A stretch of DNA of 64,000 nucleotides from Eledone cirrhosa (Eukaryota): the NCBI GenBank assembly GCA_964016885.1, contig OZ024743.1:190588001-190652000 (forward strand), in the 5' to 3' direction. Below are positions 27,251 to 40,410 of the stretch, piece by piece. The stretch's first letter is position 1. Each line of letters opens with the position of its first letter. The notes under the pieces were generated by a model. The model worked only from the letters and a program-made list of their open reading frames with translations, ran no database searches and was not told where the DNA came from. A program made the translations under genes and the position numbers.

Positions 27251-28790
27251 GGTATATTAACCCTACGAAGTCCGATTTAGGTAGACTTAGTAAAAGGATT
27301 CTTGATAGAATTATACCTGAAATTAGAAGTTTGGCCCCTCTTGCACAGTGGAACAATTCCTTCGCGGTGATTGATTGGTTCAACGGCATATGCAACAAGG
27401 AACATTGCCGTTTTATCCAATTCGACATCAATAATTACTACTCCTCCACCACTTTACCACTTCTCCTTAGAGCTATCAATTTCGCTAAAACACTCACAGT
27501 GGTTAAGGATTTCGAAGTTGATGTCATCCTCAATGCCCGTAAGTCGGTGACTAATTTCGACGACTCTATTTGGATTAAAACATCTAATAGTACCCCATTC
27601 GACGTGAGTATGGGCGCCAGTGATTCTGCGGATGTTACTGATCTTATCGGCCTTTTCCTTCTTTTCTCTATCAAGGACGAATTCCCTAACGTGGGCGGTG
27701 GTTTGTTCCGTGATGATGGTCTTTTGACCATGACTAAGTGCGGCCCACGTGCTTGCGACAGGTTCAGAAAAGAACTCACAGCCTTCTTTAAAGGCTTCAA
27801 CCTCTCTATACAGGTTGAGGCTAACTTTTCGTTCGTTAATTACCTCGACGTTACCCTCAGTTTATTGAATGGCTTGTATTACCCGTATAGAAAGCCGAAT
27901 GATACGCTTAATTACATAAGTAAGCATTATATCCATCCTGCCAGCATAACCAAGAACCTGGTGAGAAACGTTTCTTTTAAGGCTTTCCCGTCTATCTACT
28001 AAGGAGCATATTTTCAACGACGATTCCACATATTACAATGAAGCTCTTGCTCGTAGTGGATTTGTCGATAAGGAAGCATATACAGAGTACGAGACTAGAT
28101 CTAGAAGAAATAGATCCCGACGCATTATATGATATAACCCACCATATAATATGGAGGTGGCCACACCATTAGCTAAGATCTTTCTCTTCCTTATTACGAA
28201 GCATTTCCCCCCTACACATAAATATAGTAAAATTTTTAATAGAAATACTATTAAACTTTCTTAATCTACGACTCCTAACTTTGCACATAACATTACAGCT
28301 TCAAATTTAGCTAAATTACCTAGCCGTAGAAACACGTGCAACCCTGTAGTTAGTAGTAAATGTAATTGTAGGAAACGGGTTGACTGCCCCCTATCCGGGA
28401 AATGCCTCTCTAGTAACATTGTCTACAAATGTAAGGTTGAAACACCCACGTCCCGTAGGGCCTACATAGGGTTAACCGCCAATAGATTCAAGCAGCGTCT
28501 TTACATGCATACCCATTCTTTTCGTTACCCTCTAAGAAGGAATCTGACGTCACTTTCAGCTTATATCTGGAGTCTAAAAGACAACCACACCAAATATAAG
28601 TTACACTGGGAGATCCTAGCTAGGGCTTGATCGTATAACGGAAATAAAAGACCATGTGATTTCTGCGTCTCTGAGGCCTGCAAATACTCTACACCACAGA
28701 CCACATCTTAAACAAAAAAATCTGAGGCAATTTCGGCATGTAAACATAAATTGCACAAAACTTTCCTGTATTACAACCCCACATTATACC
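27250..28790 (+). pseudogene. PLE RT-GIY-YIG polyprotein (frameshifts and stops)
   Basis: INPTKSDLG, FIQFDINNYY, FDVSMGASDSADVTDLIG, GLFRDDGL, CNCRKRVDCPLSGKCL..IVYKC..AYIG. Confidence 0.92.
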
Positions 28791-29750
28791 CTAACGTATA
28801 TTTGATTGTATATGTTATGGCGTGTATTTTATATATTCTGGTACATATGTTTTTGGTTATGTGTATACGTGAGTAGTTTTGCGTCTGTCTGTGTGAGTAT
28901 GCGGGTTCGTACGTATGTAGGGTGTGCGTGTATGTGTACTTCGTGTTATGGTTGACGTTGTCTCCGAACATATGTGTATTTACATGTAGGTATGTGTGTG
29001 TGCTTGTTATATACGTATTTATTTATTTATATACGTTTATTTAATTATTTGTATACACGCACACACACACACATATATATATATATATGTGCGTGTATTT
29101 GTATACCTATGGCGAGTGTTTTCGCGTATGCTTGTGTATGTACGTATATGGATGCGTGTATGTATTTGTTTAATTTCAATTACCTCTGTATTTTATTTAC
29201 TTTATTCTTAACTCTGAAGCCGAGAATCATTCGGTTTCCTAATTAGAATTTTAGTCTACGACTTCAGTTATACCATTTACGTGGTTTTGTCTTTGCGTGC
29301 AATTGTTCTCCACGCTCCACATATGACGTATTATCTTCGTTTTTTTCGTTCAATGCCAGAGAACGTCTCTATGAACCACGTAATAGAATATTAGTCTACG
29401 ACTACTTTTATACCATAAACGTGGTTTTGCCTTTGCATGTAATTGTTTTTCACCGCTCCAAATAATGACGTATTATATTCGTTTTTTCCCGTTCTTTGCC
29501 AGGGAACGTTTCCACGAACCAAAGTATCGTCTTCCTGTCTTCCTCCGGTTGCAACGTTTTTTGAAATATTCACTTCTGCGTTCAGAGATTGACTTTGTTA
29601 GTTTCAGAAGATCCCGTTAATTCTTTGCTTAAACTTTAATCTGTTATTTTAATAAATATTTGCTCTACGGTTCTTATATATTTGATATATATTTATCCTT
29701 ATCGAGCCCTCTTTGGATTTTAGTCTTCAAATTTATTATTATTACTATAT
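27250..29750 (+). mobile_element. Penelope-like element, 5'-truncated: RT, GIY-YIG, GT-rich 3' UTR with ~160-nt direct repeat, deleted HHR at ~29600
   Basis: Coding motifs; the 3' end matches 15032-15200 and 6110-6270. Confidence 0.88.
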
Positions 29751-29760
29751 ATACCATAGG

Positions 29761-29900
29761 TTAACGTATGTTGATGCCCTAAGGACAGACACTGGTCTGT
29801 TGGAGACGCAGGACATGGCAGCGATAATGAGCGACAGAGACCGCTGGAGAGAACTCGTCCATGGATCTCGGGAATTTTACCCGCCTTAGATAGATAGAGA
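29761..29900 (+). mobile_element. Short 3' end of an RTE-like LINE with (TAGA)n tail
   Basis: Translates LRTDTGL...MSDRDRWRELV; atataccata repeated on both sides. Confidence 0.55.
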
Positions 29901-29926
29901 TATATACCATATATATATGTGTATAC

Positions 29927-32737
29927 CAGGGGTCGGCAAATCCCGGCCCGCTGGCCACACCCGGCCCTCAAGTGATTTTTGTCCGGCTCGCCATCTTACA
30001 CTGGACACTAATTACTTAATTAGTATCGAATACAGATACAGTAGTTCACCTCAAGGTTGTGCCGACCTGATGCCCATCACAAATCGCTGCTCATACCGTA
30101 TATATTTACAGATACCTTTGTAACCTTATTATATTTTCTATTTATTTTATTTTATCTTATCCATCCTTTTCTGGGATTTCCGGCAAGCATTATATCACCT
30201 GTATTATTATTTCCCGTGATTTCATGTATGCGTTTTTGTTCCAGTCAACAAACACAAATGTTGGCTGGAAGTATGACTCGCTTTCATACCCATATTGTCA
30301 TTCAATAAATCACTCGTGAATTATTGTCGTCTTCGTTTGCCGACCATACCTCTGACCCCCCCCCCCCCGGCACAAGGTAAAGCTTTCCTTGGAAAAATTA
30401 CTTCGTTCCCTCCTCCCCAGAGTATTTTCATTTGAGTTTGTTGTCTGGTGGTATAACAACTATACAGTAGTATCTTTATTCGATAATAACGTTTATTTAA
30501 TTATTTGTGATAAATTGTGTGAATTATTATTATTAGAATTAGGCCAAAAGTGGTTTTTAAAAAATGGCAACCCTGATCTAACAACGTCGTAAGAAACCTG
30601 GTTTTACATAATTTATTCACAATCATCATATTTTATCGCATTACTGTATTTGCATTTACATTTGATTTCATTGTTTCTTATTTGTTCATTCTGATTATTA
30701 TACTTTTTGTTCTTTTTCCTTTCCATAATTTTATTTTATTGAACAAAAACAAGCCCATGAAACTAAGAAAAGAAAAGTTGATTTGGAGTGCCGAACTTTT
30801 AACGATGGCTGGACGCTTAGCTATTTTTTCATTGAGAACTTCGAAAAATGTGTTTGCTTAATTTGTCAAGAAACCATTGCCGTGAAGAAAGTTTCAAATA
30901 TTAAACGGCACTATGAAACTCGTCATAATCATTACAACAGTTATACTGGAAAAGCACGAGTAAACGAAGTTGCACGGCTGAGAAATAATGTAACAAAGCA
31001 ATCATCCTTTTTCACTAGAAAAGTTGAAGAAAGTGACCGAAACACTCGTGCTAGCTACGAGGTGTCAAAACTAATTGCAGAAAGGATGAAACCTTTTACT
31101 GATGGAGATTTCTTCAAAGAATTATTGTTGAAGGTAGCAGATGTTGTTTGTCCAGAAAAAAAAGGGAATTATATTCTGCGATCAGCTTATTGGCAAGAAC
31201 AGTAACAAGGCGAATTGAAGAGCTGGCAGCAAATGTCAAAAGTGGCTTGGAGGGCATTTTAAATAATCTGGAGTATTATTCCATTGATATCGATGAAACC
31301 ACAGATATGAAGGATACTTGTCAACTTGCAGTGTTTGTGAGGGGTGTAAAACCAACATTTGATATTGTAGAAGAATTTGTACAATTGATTCCTATGAAGG
31401 ACACTAGCACTGGAGCAGATATTTTGGAAAGCATAATAAAATGGATTACCGAAATGAATCTGGATTTATCAAAGCTTTCTGGAGTAATCACGGATGGAGC
31501 ACCAGCAATGGTTGGAGAGAAAAAGGGGTTTGTTGCATTGCTCCAAAACCACATCGGTATTGATCAAAAACTAATCAAACTTCATTGCATTATTCATCAA
31601 GAAGCATTACGTGCAAACTCACTGAATTTTAAGGACATCATTTCAGTGGTCGTGAAAACGGTGAATTTTAGACTGTCAAGAGGACTAAATCACCGCCAGT
31701 TTCAAGAATTTCTAAAACAAATTGAAGCAGAGTATGGCGACCTTATATATTCTTCAAATGTTCGAGGGCTTAGCCGCGGAAAAATGATAGAACGAGTATA
31801 TGCATTGAGAGAAGAGATTTCTATGTTTTTAGAGAGCAAAGTCCAAGATAATTCTTACTTTCAGGATCCACAGTGGGTTGTCAAGTTAGCTTTTTTAGGG
31901 GACATCACGACCCACATGAACACTTTGAATCTTGAGCTTCAAGGAAAGAACAAGGTTGTATTTGAGATGTTTGGCCAAATTACTGCTTTTGAGAGAAAAC
32001 TTCGACTGGGGAAATCACAACTTCAAAAAGGAAACTAATCTCATTTCCCAAGTCTCCAAAATCACAAGAGAGATATAATACCAGACATCTTTGTGAGCTC
32101 TATTAAGGATTTTAGAAGCGAGTTTTCCTCTCGTTTTGCTGACTTCCGGCAATATGGAACTCTTTGGTACTCCTTACGAAACAGATGTGGAGCAAGTGGC
32201 AGAAGAATATCAGTTGGAGTTAATTGACTTACAGTGCGACAAATCTTTGAAATCGAAATTTCAGTTCGAATCCACTGCTGATTTCTACAAGAAATATATA
32301 TTGCCAAGTGCAAAATATAAAAACATCTTGACTAATGCGAAACTGATGATATCATTATTTGGAAGTACATATGCTTGTGAACAACTTTTTTCCAAAATGA
32401 AATATACTAAAAGTCATTTAGGAACAAGGTTGCGTGACGACCACCTGGATGATGTTTTGCTCCTCTGATGTGGAGAAGTTATCGCACAATAAGCAGAAAT
32501 AAGTGTCACATTAAATCATTTACCATTTCTAATTGTATTTCGTTTGTAGAAGGTATTTGCTTATTTTTTGTTATTCCTGCAGTAAAATAAGGGACCCTGT
32601 TAAAATAAAATTATATTAAATTCCTTGTTTTGCTTTAAACCTCCAGAAAGTTTATTTACATATTTAATAACATGGCCCTCCTCCATGACACTGCATAGCT
32701 GTTTGGCCCTCTCTCTCCAAAAGGTTGCCGACCCCTG
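29927..32737 (+). mobile_element. Full-length hAT DNA transposon (Charlie/SPIN group)
   Basis: TIRs caggggtcggcaa / ttgccgacccctg; 8-bp TSD gtgtatac at 29919-29926 and 32738-32745. Confidence 0.95.
30757..32514 (+). pseudogene. hAT transposase, GTF2IRD2/EPM2AIP1/SPIN-like, frameshifted
   Basis: KRKVD.ECRTF..W, CLIC..IKRHY (BED-like), IDETTD, TDGAPAM, HCIIHQE, FGSTYACEQLFS, ends VSH*. Confidence 0.92.
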
Positions 32738-32780
32738 GTGTATACCATTAATATATATATATATAACATATATATATACA

Positions 32781-32845
<65 letters not shown>

Positions 32846-32894
32846 ATATGTATATGTATATATGTATATATATATACATACATACACATATATA

Positions 32895-33027
32895 TATACA
32901 CCAGGGGTCGGCAACCTTTTGTAGAGAGAGGGCCAAACAGCTATGCAGTGTCATGGAGGAGGGCCATGTTATTGCATATGTAAATACATTTTCTGGAGGT
33001 TTAAAGCAAAACAAGGAATTTAATATA
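32895..33027 (-). repeat. Inverted duplicate of the hAT right end and flank (32612-32744)
   Basis: Reverse complement including TIR and most of the TSD, separated by a TA-rich microsatellite. Confidence 0.85.
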
Positions 33028-35064
33028 TATTATATATATATATATATATATACCATATGTGTATATATATATATATTTGTATTAATCTCCCATGTCTACC
33101 AATTAACCAGTTAATTTTTTTGTTTTTTTTAGTTAATTCTATTGACTGATTAATCGCTTAAGTTTATTTTAAAAACTACTCGGTCGAGAGCTTAATTCGT
33201 GTTGTGCTATTTTTGCAAATTTTTGCAATGACTACACATACTGAATTCATTTGCCAAAAAATAGGGGTTTTTCCCCTTTGAGTTCACATGTGCTTTCGAA
33301 CACTGTGAAATCCTGGCGCACGCAGAACAAAATACCTGTTGAGAAAGTGATATCCTTGTTCGATCATCATACCAAAAGCTTATTATTTTTTATAAGCAGA
33401 CAGTATTATTGATTTAGGTGTCACAGAAACTCTATATCGGATTTTACCATCATTCCCGTGGGCCCGGGTAAATATTTCAATCATATCTTATTTTGTTTGA
33501 CCCGCGTAGCTTGCTCGCTTTTTTGGCTTAGGTGGTTAATGGCTTTTTAACCATCGTCTCAGTTTTGTATGGCCTTTTTATCTTATGTTTATAGCTTCAT
33601 ATCCCTTGAGCGCTTGCCAACACAATTCGGAAATTGCGTTTCGCTAATTTCTACTCGCTGAAATGCGATTCCCGCTAAATTTATATATATATATATATAT
33701 GAATTTATGTATAATATATTTGGCAATATACCATATGTTTAATTAAGAACGTTTAGAAGACCATTCATTATCATTTTTAAAGTAGTGACTACTTCACTTA
33801 CTTATATTTTCGGCAAAGCTGTTTTTCGCTGCTTGCGTTTATCAAAGCCACACACACACACCCGCCTTTGCCGAAAATTATAGAAGCTGGATTCTTATAG
33901 TATTCCAGTAATAATCAGGAGCTGATTGCACAGAGCGATTGCCGGTCCAGCAAAAATAATTTTTTCAAGAGTTTCCATTTTCTTATATTGGATCAAATAA
34001 GAAATGTTGTTGACAGAATTTTTTCAGGCTTGGCAAGGAACTCTAAATATACAGAAACCATCATGCAGTAATCAACAAATATTTCTTTGACTTTTATTAC
34101 AATAATATAACTCCTTACAATTTGTAATTGATAGATTGCAATAATTCTAATATATTTAATGTTACTTTGGTCATCTGGGAAATTAATATACTTTCACATT
34201 TGTCTACTTAATTGCTGTCATTATGATATTCATGTTATTTTCGAAATAGACACATATTCATTTAGCGGGGGTAATGTACCGGTTTGCTTGCGTTGTGGAT
34301 TTGTTCATTAGCAGCAGTAATGAAGAAGTACGAAGGAGATGATTGAGTAGCTTCTTGGTCAATTTATGGGAAGTCAATAAGTGAATTATGTCTCGGTGAT
34401 TCGAGAGAGGTTTTAATATTTTCTAGAAAACAATTAGTTGTACTCACCTGTTGCGTTTTTATGTGACATTACAATGGTGAAGATGATTTTCCCAAAATCA
34501 CATGGATGAGAATTAAAAAATGGACAAGACACCGCTAATCTAAATGTTTACATTTATAACATGATTGCTTCAAAACCATGCAATGAACAATGAAAATGAT
34601 ACGAGTATAGATGTAGTTATGAGAGCAATTGTAGATAACCATAGTGTTAATATTTACTAACATGTGTATATAGCAATCTCAGCAAATGTCGATCCCTGTC
34701 GGACTTGCCTACGTGTGTGTGTGTGTGTCTGTGTGTGGCTTCATCGCAAAGCTGACCAAACAAGCTATCTGTTTGTTGCAGAGTCGAAAAGCAGAATTTC
34801 CTGAGGTTTGAAAGTTTCTTGTATATATGAGAAATAGTTTGCCCAGAAACATTAAACAGCTGGTTTTTTCAACTGTCCTCTTTTAAGACACTCTGGCACT
34901 GTTGGCCTCCTAGAGGTGCATATTTTATTAGTATGTTTCTCTGGTATTAGAAGTCAGTATATTGGTGGTCGTGTGTGGCAGGTAAAGAAAACTATTTTGG
35001 AAAAAATATGTCGAGGTTTTGCTACATTGGCTTCTCATCCATCATCATTATCATCTAACACATC

Positions 35065-35301
35065 AGGCGGTGGGTTGGCAGTATCAGTAGAGGGTCGGAC
35101 GCCATGCTTTGCAGCAAAGAGTTACGGCCCTTTATGGCCTGAGTTCAAATCCTGCCAAGGTTAACTTTGCCTTTCATCCTGACGGGGTCGATAAAATAAA
35201 GTATCAGTAATAACTTTGCCTTTCATCCTTATGGGGTCGATAAAATAAAGTACCAGTAATACACTGGGATAGTTGCTGTCCTTGTGCCAAAAGTAGAAAC
35301 A
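35065..35301 (+). mobile_element. tRNA-derived SINE family 1 with internal ~50-nt tandem duplication and 18-bp TSD
   Basis: TSD attatcatctaacacatc at 35047-35064 and 35302-35319. Confidence 0.88.
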
Positions 35302-35762
35302 ATTATCATCTAACACATCCACTTTCCCTGCCAGTGAGATTTGGATAAGTGTTAGTAGACTGAATCTGTACTGAAGTGAGACCACAGACTTTCCAGACAG
35401 GCTGGGGGTATGTCGTTTACATATGGTTCTGTATGCTATCAAGTGCATTTGTCAAGGCACCAACACAAGACAGGTTGTCATGTCTTTGACACAACTGCAG
35501 GATCCCATCTAATCTATTGTTTAGCATGCTTTATATAGCTGGATGTTTTGCTTTATATAGCTGGATGTCCTGCCTATTACCAAGCATTTTACAGTGTGTA
35601 TTGGGAACTTTACAAACAGTATCACAAACAGTAGGTAGTTTGTCATGACCTTGACATAACTGGTTGGTTCTCCCAACCCTTTTTTGGGGAAGTCTTCAAC
35701 AACTGTATGCCCTTTCTATCATCAACCACTTTAGAGCATGTACTAGGTGTGTTTATCATATT

Positions 35763-35941
35763 AATTGTTTCTACCTTTGGCACAAGGCCAGCAAATACCC
35801 AGTACATTACTGGTACTTTATTTTATCGACCCCGCAAGGATGAAAGGCAAAGTCAACCTCGGCGGGATTTGAACTCAGATCGAAAAGGGACGTAACTATG
35901 CTGGAAAGCATGGCGTCCGACCCTCTACCGATACTGCCAAT
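35763..35941 (-). mobile_element. tRNA-derived SINE, family 1
   Basis: Reverse-complement match to other copies. Confidence 0.85.
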
Positions 35942-37379
35942 AGCTAAAGAGTACTAGAGTGGCTATGTGTGATGGGTGCCATGGTAGTGAGATTAGCTGC
36001 TGGAGAGTGTTAGTTGAAGAGAGAACATATGGATGGGTCAGCTCCTATTATATTGTATGCTTGCGGCAGGGCCATAATCATCACATCATAGCACTACCCC
36101 TTTCAATATATATGCACATGTGTGTCTGTGTGTATGTATTTATTTTTCTGTGCCAATTTTTTTGTGATGGCATTAGAATTTAATATAAATTTGTATTGTT
36201 ACTACCTTTATAAGAGGTCCCTTGCATACAGGGACTGAAAAAAATACTTTCATCAGTTTGAAGTACTGCTATTTTCGAAGTAATACATTCTTCCGCTCTA
36301 TGATACTTATTTACACTTTGACGGATTGGACCTTTCAGTATTCTATATATTGGTTATTGACATGACCACTAATCTCTTTATTCATTGCCCAACTAAGATA
36401 TCGACTGTTTTCATAAATAAGTAATAAAAACTGTACATAGTAGAAGTGAAATATCCAAACTTTTCTGTGAAGATTTTATACATATAACGCAATATAATTT
36501 CAGAATACTTCAGTGCCAAATGAATGACTCTACTTAAAATGTCCACGTTAATTAAATGAGGTATAAGGGGAATTATTTAGCAACAATGGCACACTGTTTT
36601 TAGGTTATTGTTCTTTTTTGTAAGTGATTTATTTTTGTAAATACCTCAATTTCTTTTGCTATATTTTCTTTTGTTATTATGATAGACATTTAGACATTCT
36701 CAGAAAACTCGCCTGCATCAAATTGATGGCAAATTTTACAAGTTCACAAAATTCCAATGCAGGAGAAATATACAAAATGCAAGTATAATTTTTTGTCTGT
36801 TCTTTTTTGTTTTATTACATTAAAACATATTGAAGAAACAAAAGCGATTTTACATAAAAGAATTGTCCATTTGAAACAATGCCAATTTGACTTGACTTAA
36901 GTATTCTGCGTCATTAAAATCTATCGCTTTAGACAGGATACAAAAAATAACATTTATTACCTTATACGTTACTCAGTTGGTGAACAATGTTGCAATAATT
37001 TGCTTAGAGGTGAGGAAAACAAAATGGATTTACTCAAGGCCCAATGAAACAAATTAAATAAATATGTTACATTAGCTAGATATAGATTTAAAATATATAT
37101 GTAACTGTCCATGAAAGTACATGAATGTTATTCGATCTGAATTTTATAAATCAATGAACTTGTGCTAATGTAAAAGACTAAATTTTTTTAAACTTTTGAA
37201 CCTTCATTTTTATCATTGTTAGTGTAACCGTCATGATCATGACTATCATTATTACCATCATTGCTTTCATCACGATACTTACTACCCTCATTGCTGCCAT
37301 CACCACCACCAATATCACCATCGTTGCCACCATCAACACCCCTATTTTCATCATCATCATCATCACTATATCACCATAT

Positions 37380-37711
37380 CTACCAAGCATAGATGAGTTG
37401 AGAAATAAACTGGGTATAAGAGGGATCAGTTGTGGTGTGAGAGAAGGTTGAGATGGTATGGACATGTGATGTGCATGGAGAATGACTGCTGGGTAAAGAA
37501 GTGCCACGAAATCCCAGTGGAAGGAAGACGCAGTAGAGGTAGACCACGAAAAACATGGGCGGAGGTGGTGATAGCAGACCTCAGATCGCTGAAACTCACG
37601 GAGGAGATGACGAAGTACCGTGACAAGTGGAGAGATGCTGTGCTGAATAGGACCCATCCAACCCTTGCAAGCAGGGAAAAGCGGACGTAAAATGATGATG
37701 ATGATGATGAT
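37380..37711 (+). mobile_element. RTE LINE 3' fragment with (GAT)n tail
   Basis: RRLRWYGHVM...RGRPRKTW...WRDAV; atgatgatg tail. Confidence 0.85.
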
Positions 37712-40134
37712 ATATTTTTTTTTAATCTGATTTATCAATGTAATATCAGGCATGAAATTATCCATAAAGAATAATACATAAAAAATTTATAATTAGCAGC
37801 AAATAATGATAATGATAAAAGCAATTTTCTATTTTTTCGTTTTCAACTATTAAAGATTACGGAAAGAAAATAACACACATTGCAACATATCAAAATATTA
37901 AGGACAGATTAAGAAACAATTATTTGTCAGCACTCATGTTACTTCTTGTTATTTTAACATTTTATTTACATATGATCTCAAATCTAAATCAATGTTCTAG
38001 ATTTAGGCACAGACATCAGTGACTTAGTGAACCTATTATATTAACCTTAACCCAACTTGTCATGCATTTTCATTTATCTAATTCAATAGGTTATTTCAGC
38101 ACTGAATTTGATTGGCTTCTTACTGTTTTCCAAATTGAAGGTTTAATTTCTATTACTGTGTGAAGAGTAATTACAAAAGCTGTCAACCTACAGCTTGTAT
38201 TTCCTATTTATTGCCCAGCCACCAATCACTTTGTCCATTTTTTTTTGACACTTAAGTGATATATACTTAAAGTAGAAATTCAATTGTAATTAACATTTTC
38301 AAAATATCTTGAATTGATACATAACATGTTCCTCTTTATTCAATGTTCATTAAAGTTTGTAAGTTCTATAGAATTGATGTTTCAACTCTGATTTCAATTT
38401 CACTATTTCACTTTGTATCAATTGTGTTTTATTTTTGTCACTATATTTTATATTGATTTTGTGTTATTTTAATTTCAGTCAAAGGATTGTAGGATTTACC
38501 ACAGATACAAACATCTGCATGTGTTTAAAGCAATCAGTTTAAAAGCTGGAGATCAATACTGCCAACAATTACACAACAACGGAGTTTGGTTCAATTCAGT
38601 GGAATAAAAATGGCCATATAGAATCGATATTGAACCAGTAGTTTATCTAGCTGTTTCAAATAAGTACCATATGAAAGACAACCTTTTCCTGCAATATAAC
38701 AGAACCTTTGTCTGGAGAAAGATTTATTTCTCAAGCCATTAAACAGAGCAAAGCAGCAGTGTGGGTATTGTTGTATGGCTAAGAAATGTGGTTTCAAACA
38801 CATGGTTCTGAATTGGATGCCACTTCAAAGTAGTTTGTATTTTTTTTTCTGAGCTTTGGTTCACCAAAGTCCTTTGAAGGACATGTGGTAGTATCTTATC
38901 AAATGGCTTTTCTTACTTTGGGGTATTAGACTTAAACTGAAATTCAGTTTAACATCTACACATGAGATATAGATGCCTTAACTGTAATACATTTAGTCTG
39001 AGAGGAGTTCACAATTCTTCATGGATTTTGTTCTTCCACCTCTGACTAAGGCATAAAAGAGGAGAAATTTACATATATTTGTATAGGTTATATTTTAAAT
39101 AGATAGAATTAGGCAGAGTTGTGTAGTTTTCACCGGAAAACAACCACAGTCAGTAGTCCAGCAATGTAAAACCAGATCCACAGTGCCTCACTGCTGTATT
39201 TATGAAACTATTCTTTAAATGAAACTTCTTTTATATATTCTGTGCCACAAAATGTGCAGTTTTATAATTTTGTTATATCACTTCTTGAATAACTGAGGCG
39301 AATTAACAGTAAATTAACAGTTTCTAGATGATGTCTGATAATATTTAAAGATTTCGTTTTCCTCTTGTTGGTACAACTGGTCACTCTGTTATACTGCATT
39401 GACATTTTTTTATGGCAACACAGCCAGAAAGTGTCAAACTATTTGTTTAACCTTCTTTGTTTGTGATTTTTGAAACATTCTTTTTGTTTCCAACTAGCTT
39501 GCAGCTATTCTTATGAAGAAGCAGTGACAAATTCTCAAATAGAAACACTCTAAAGTACAGTTATATTCAAAATCCCCTTTAAAGCACCAACATAAAGAGG
39601 GGACATTAGTCAATATAGTCTCTGAATTGACATGGGTAAAATCACTATTAAATTTAGATCTACTCAAACAGAGCAAAACTGGGGTTTCAGATCAAATACT
39701 TCTATAGGCAAGGTGTCCCCATTTTGCATTTCATGCATTATTTTTTTTCCTAGCATGAACTGAGTTGTGCCACACAGGTCAAGTAAGCCCATTTAATATT
39801 TTGTATAAAATATCTTAATATAGTTATATTTGGAGTTTTTACATGATACAATACTTTATTATTAGAAGAATGTAAAACTTACCTTTATGACATATTGTGT
39901 CTAGTTTGATTTCTCTGTGTTTTTTTTTATATTTGGAGCTAGATTATGGAAAACAATGGAAACTTCATTGAATTTGAGTAAAAAATGAAAATATGAGTGT
40001 AATAGTTCTTTATAAATCGTGCTATCGCAAAATAATTATCTTCATTGTGCTGTATTTTTACTCTGTGTTGATTTATCGTTTTTTACTTATATATACATGC
40101 TTAGTAGTAATAGAGTTGGGCTCACATTCATGAG

Positions 40135-40410
40135 GATGTGAGTCTGATTCCAAGACCAGGTGATGTGTTGTGTCCTTGAGCAAGACATTTTATTTCACGT
40201 TGCTCCAGTTTACTCAGCCATAGAAATGAGACATCATTGGTTCCAAGCTGCATCGGCATTTGCTTTTCCCTTTGACAATACTGTTGGTCAAGAGAGGGGA
40301 AACCAGTGCTGGTTTTCCACAAACAACCTTGCCAGAACTTGTGCCTCAAGGGATAACTTTCTAGGCACAACTACCATTGTCATTTCTGACCAAAGGGGTT
40401 CTTTACCCAT
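40135..40410 (+). mobile_element. Degenerate SINE of a second family
   Basis: gttgtgtccttgagcaagacattttatttcacgttgctccagtttactcagc core, typical of metazoan SINE bodies. Confidence 0.5.

Noticed and set aside
28120-28635. In-frame TGA codons in the PLE ORF as possible selenocysteine, as reported for some Naiad PLEs
   Set aside because: They fall at a conserved Trp (IIWYNPP) and at an Arg (ARARSYN in the 15282-15540 copy), not Cys positions; simple decay explains them
30783-32468. Domesticated GTF2IRD2/EPM2AIP1 gene (likewise ZBED5 at 52253-54050)
   Set aside because: Frameshifted and bounded by TIRs and TSDs, so these are transposon copies
37178-37765. 195-aa hydrophobic Met/Val/Ile-rich ORF
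   Set aside because: Degenerate (CAT/CAC)n repeat fused to the antisense of an RTE fragment
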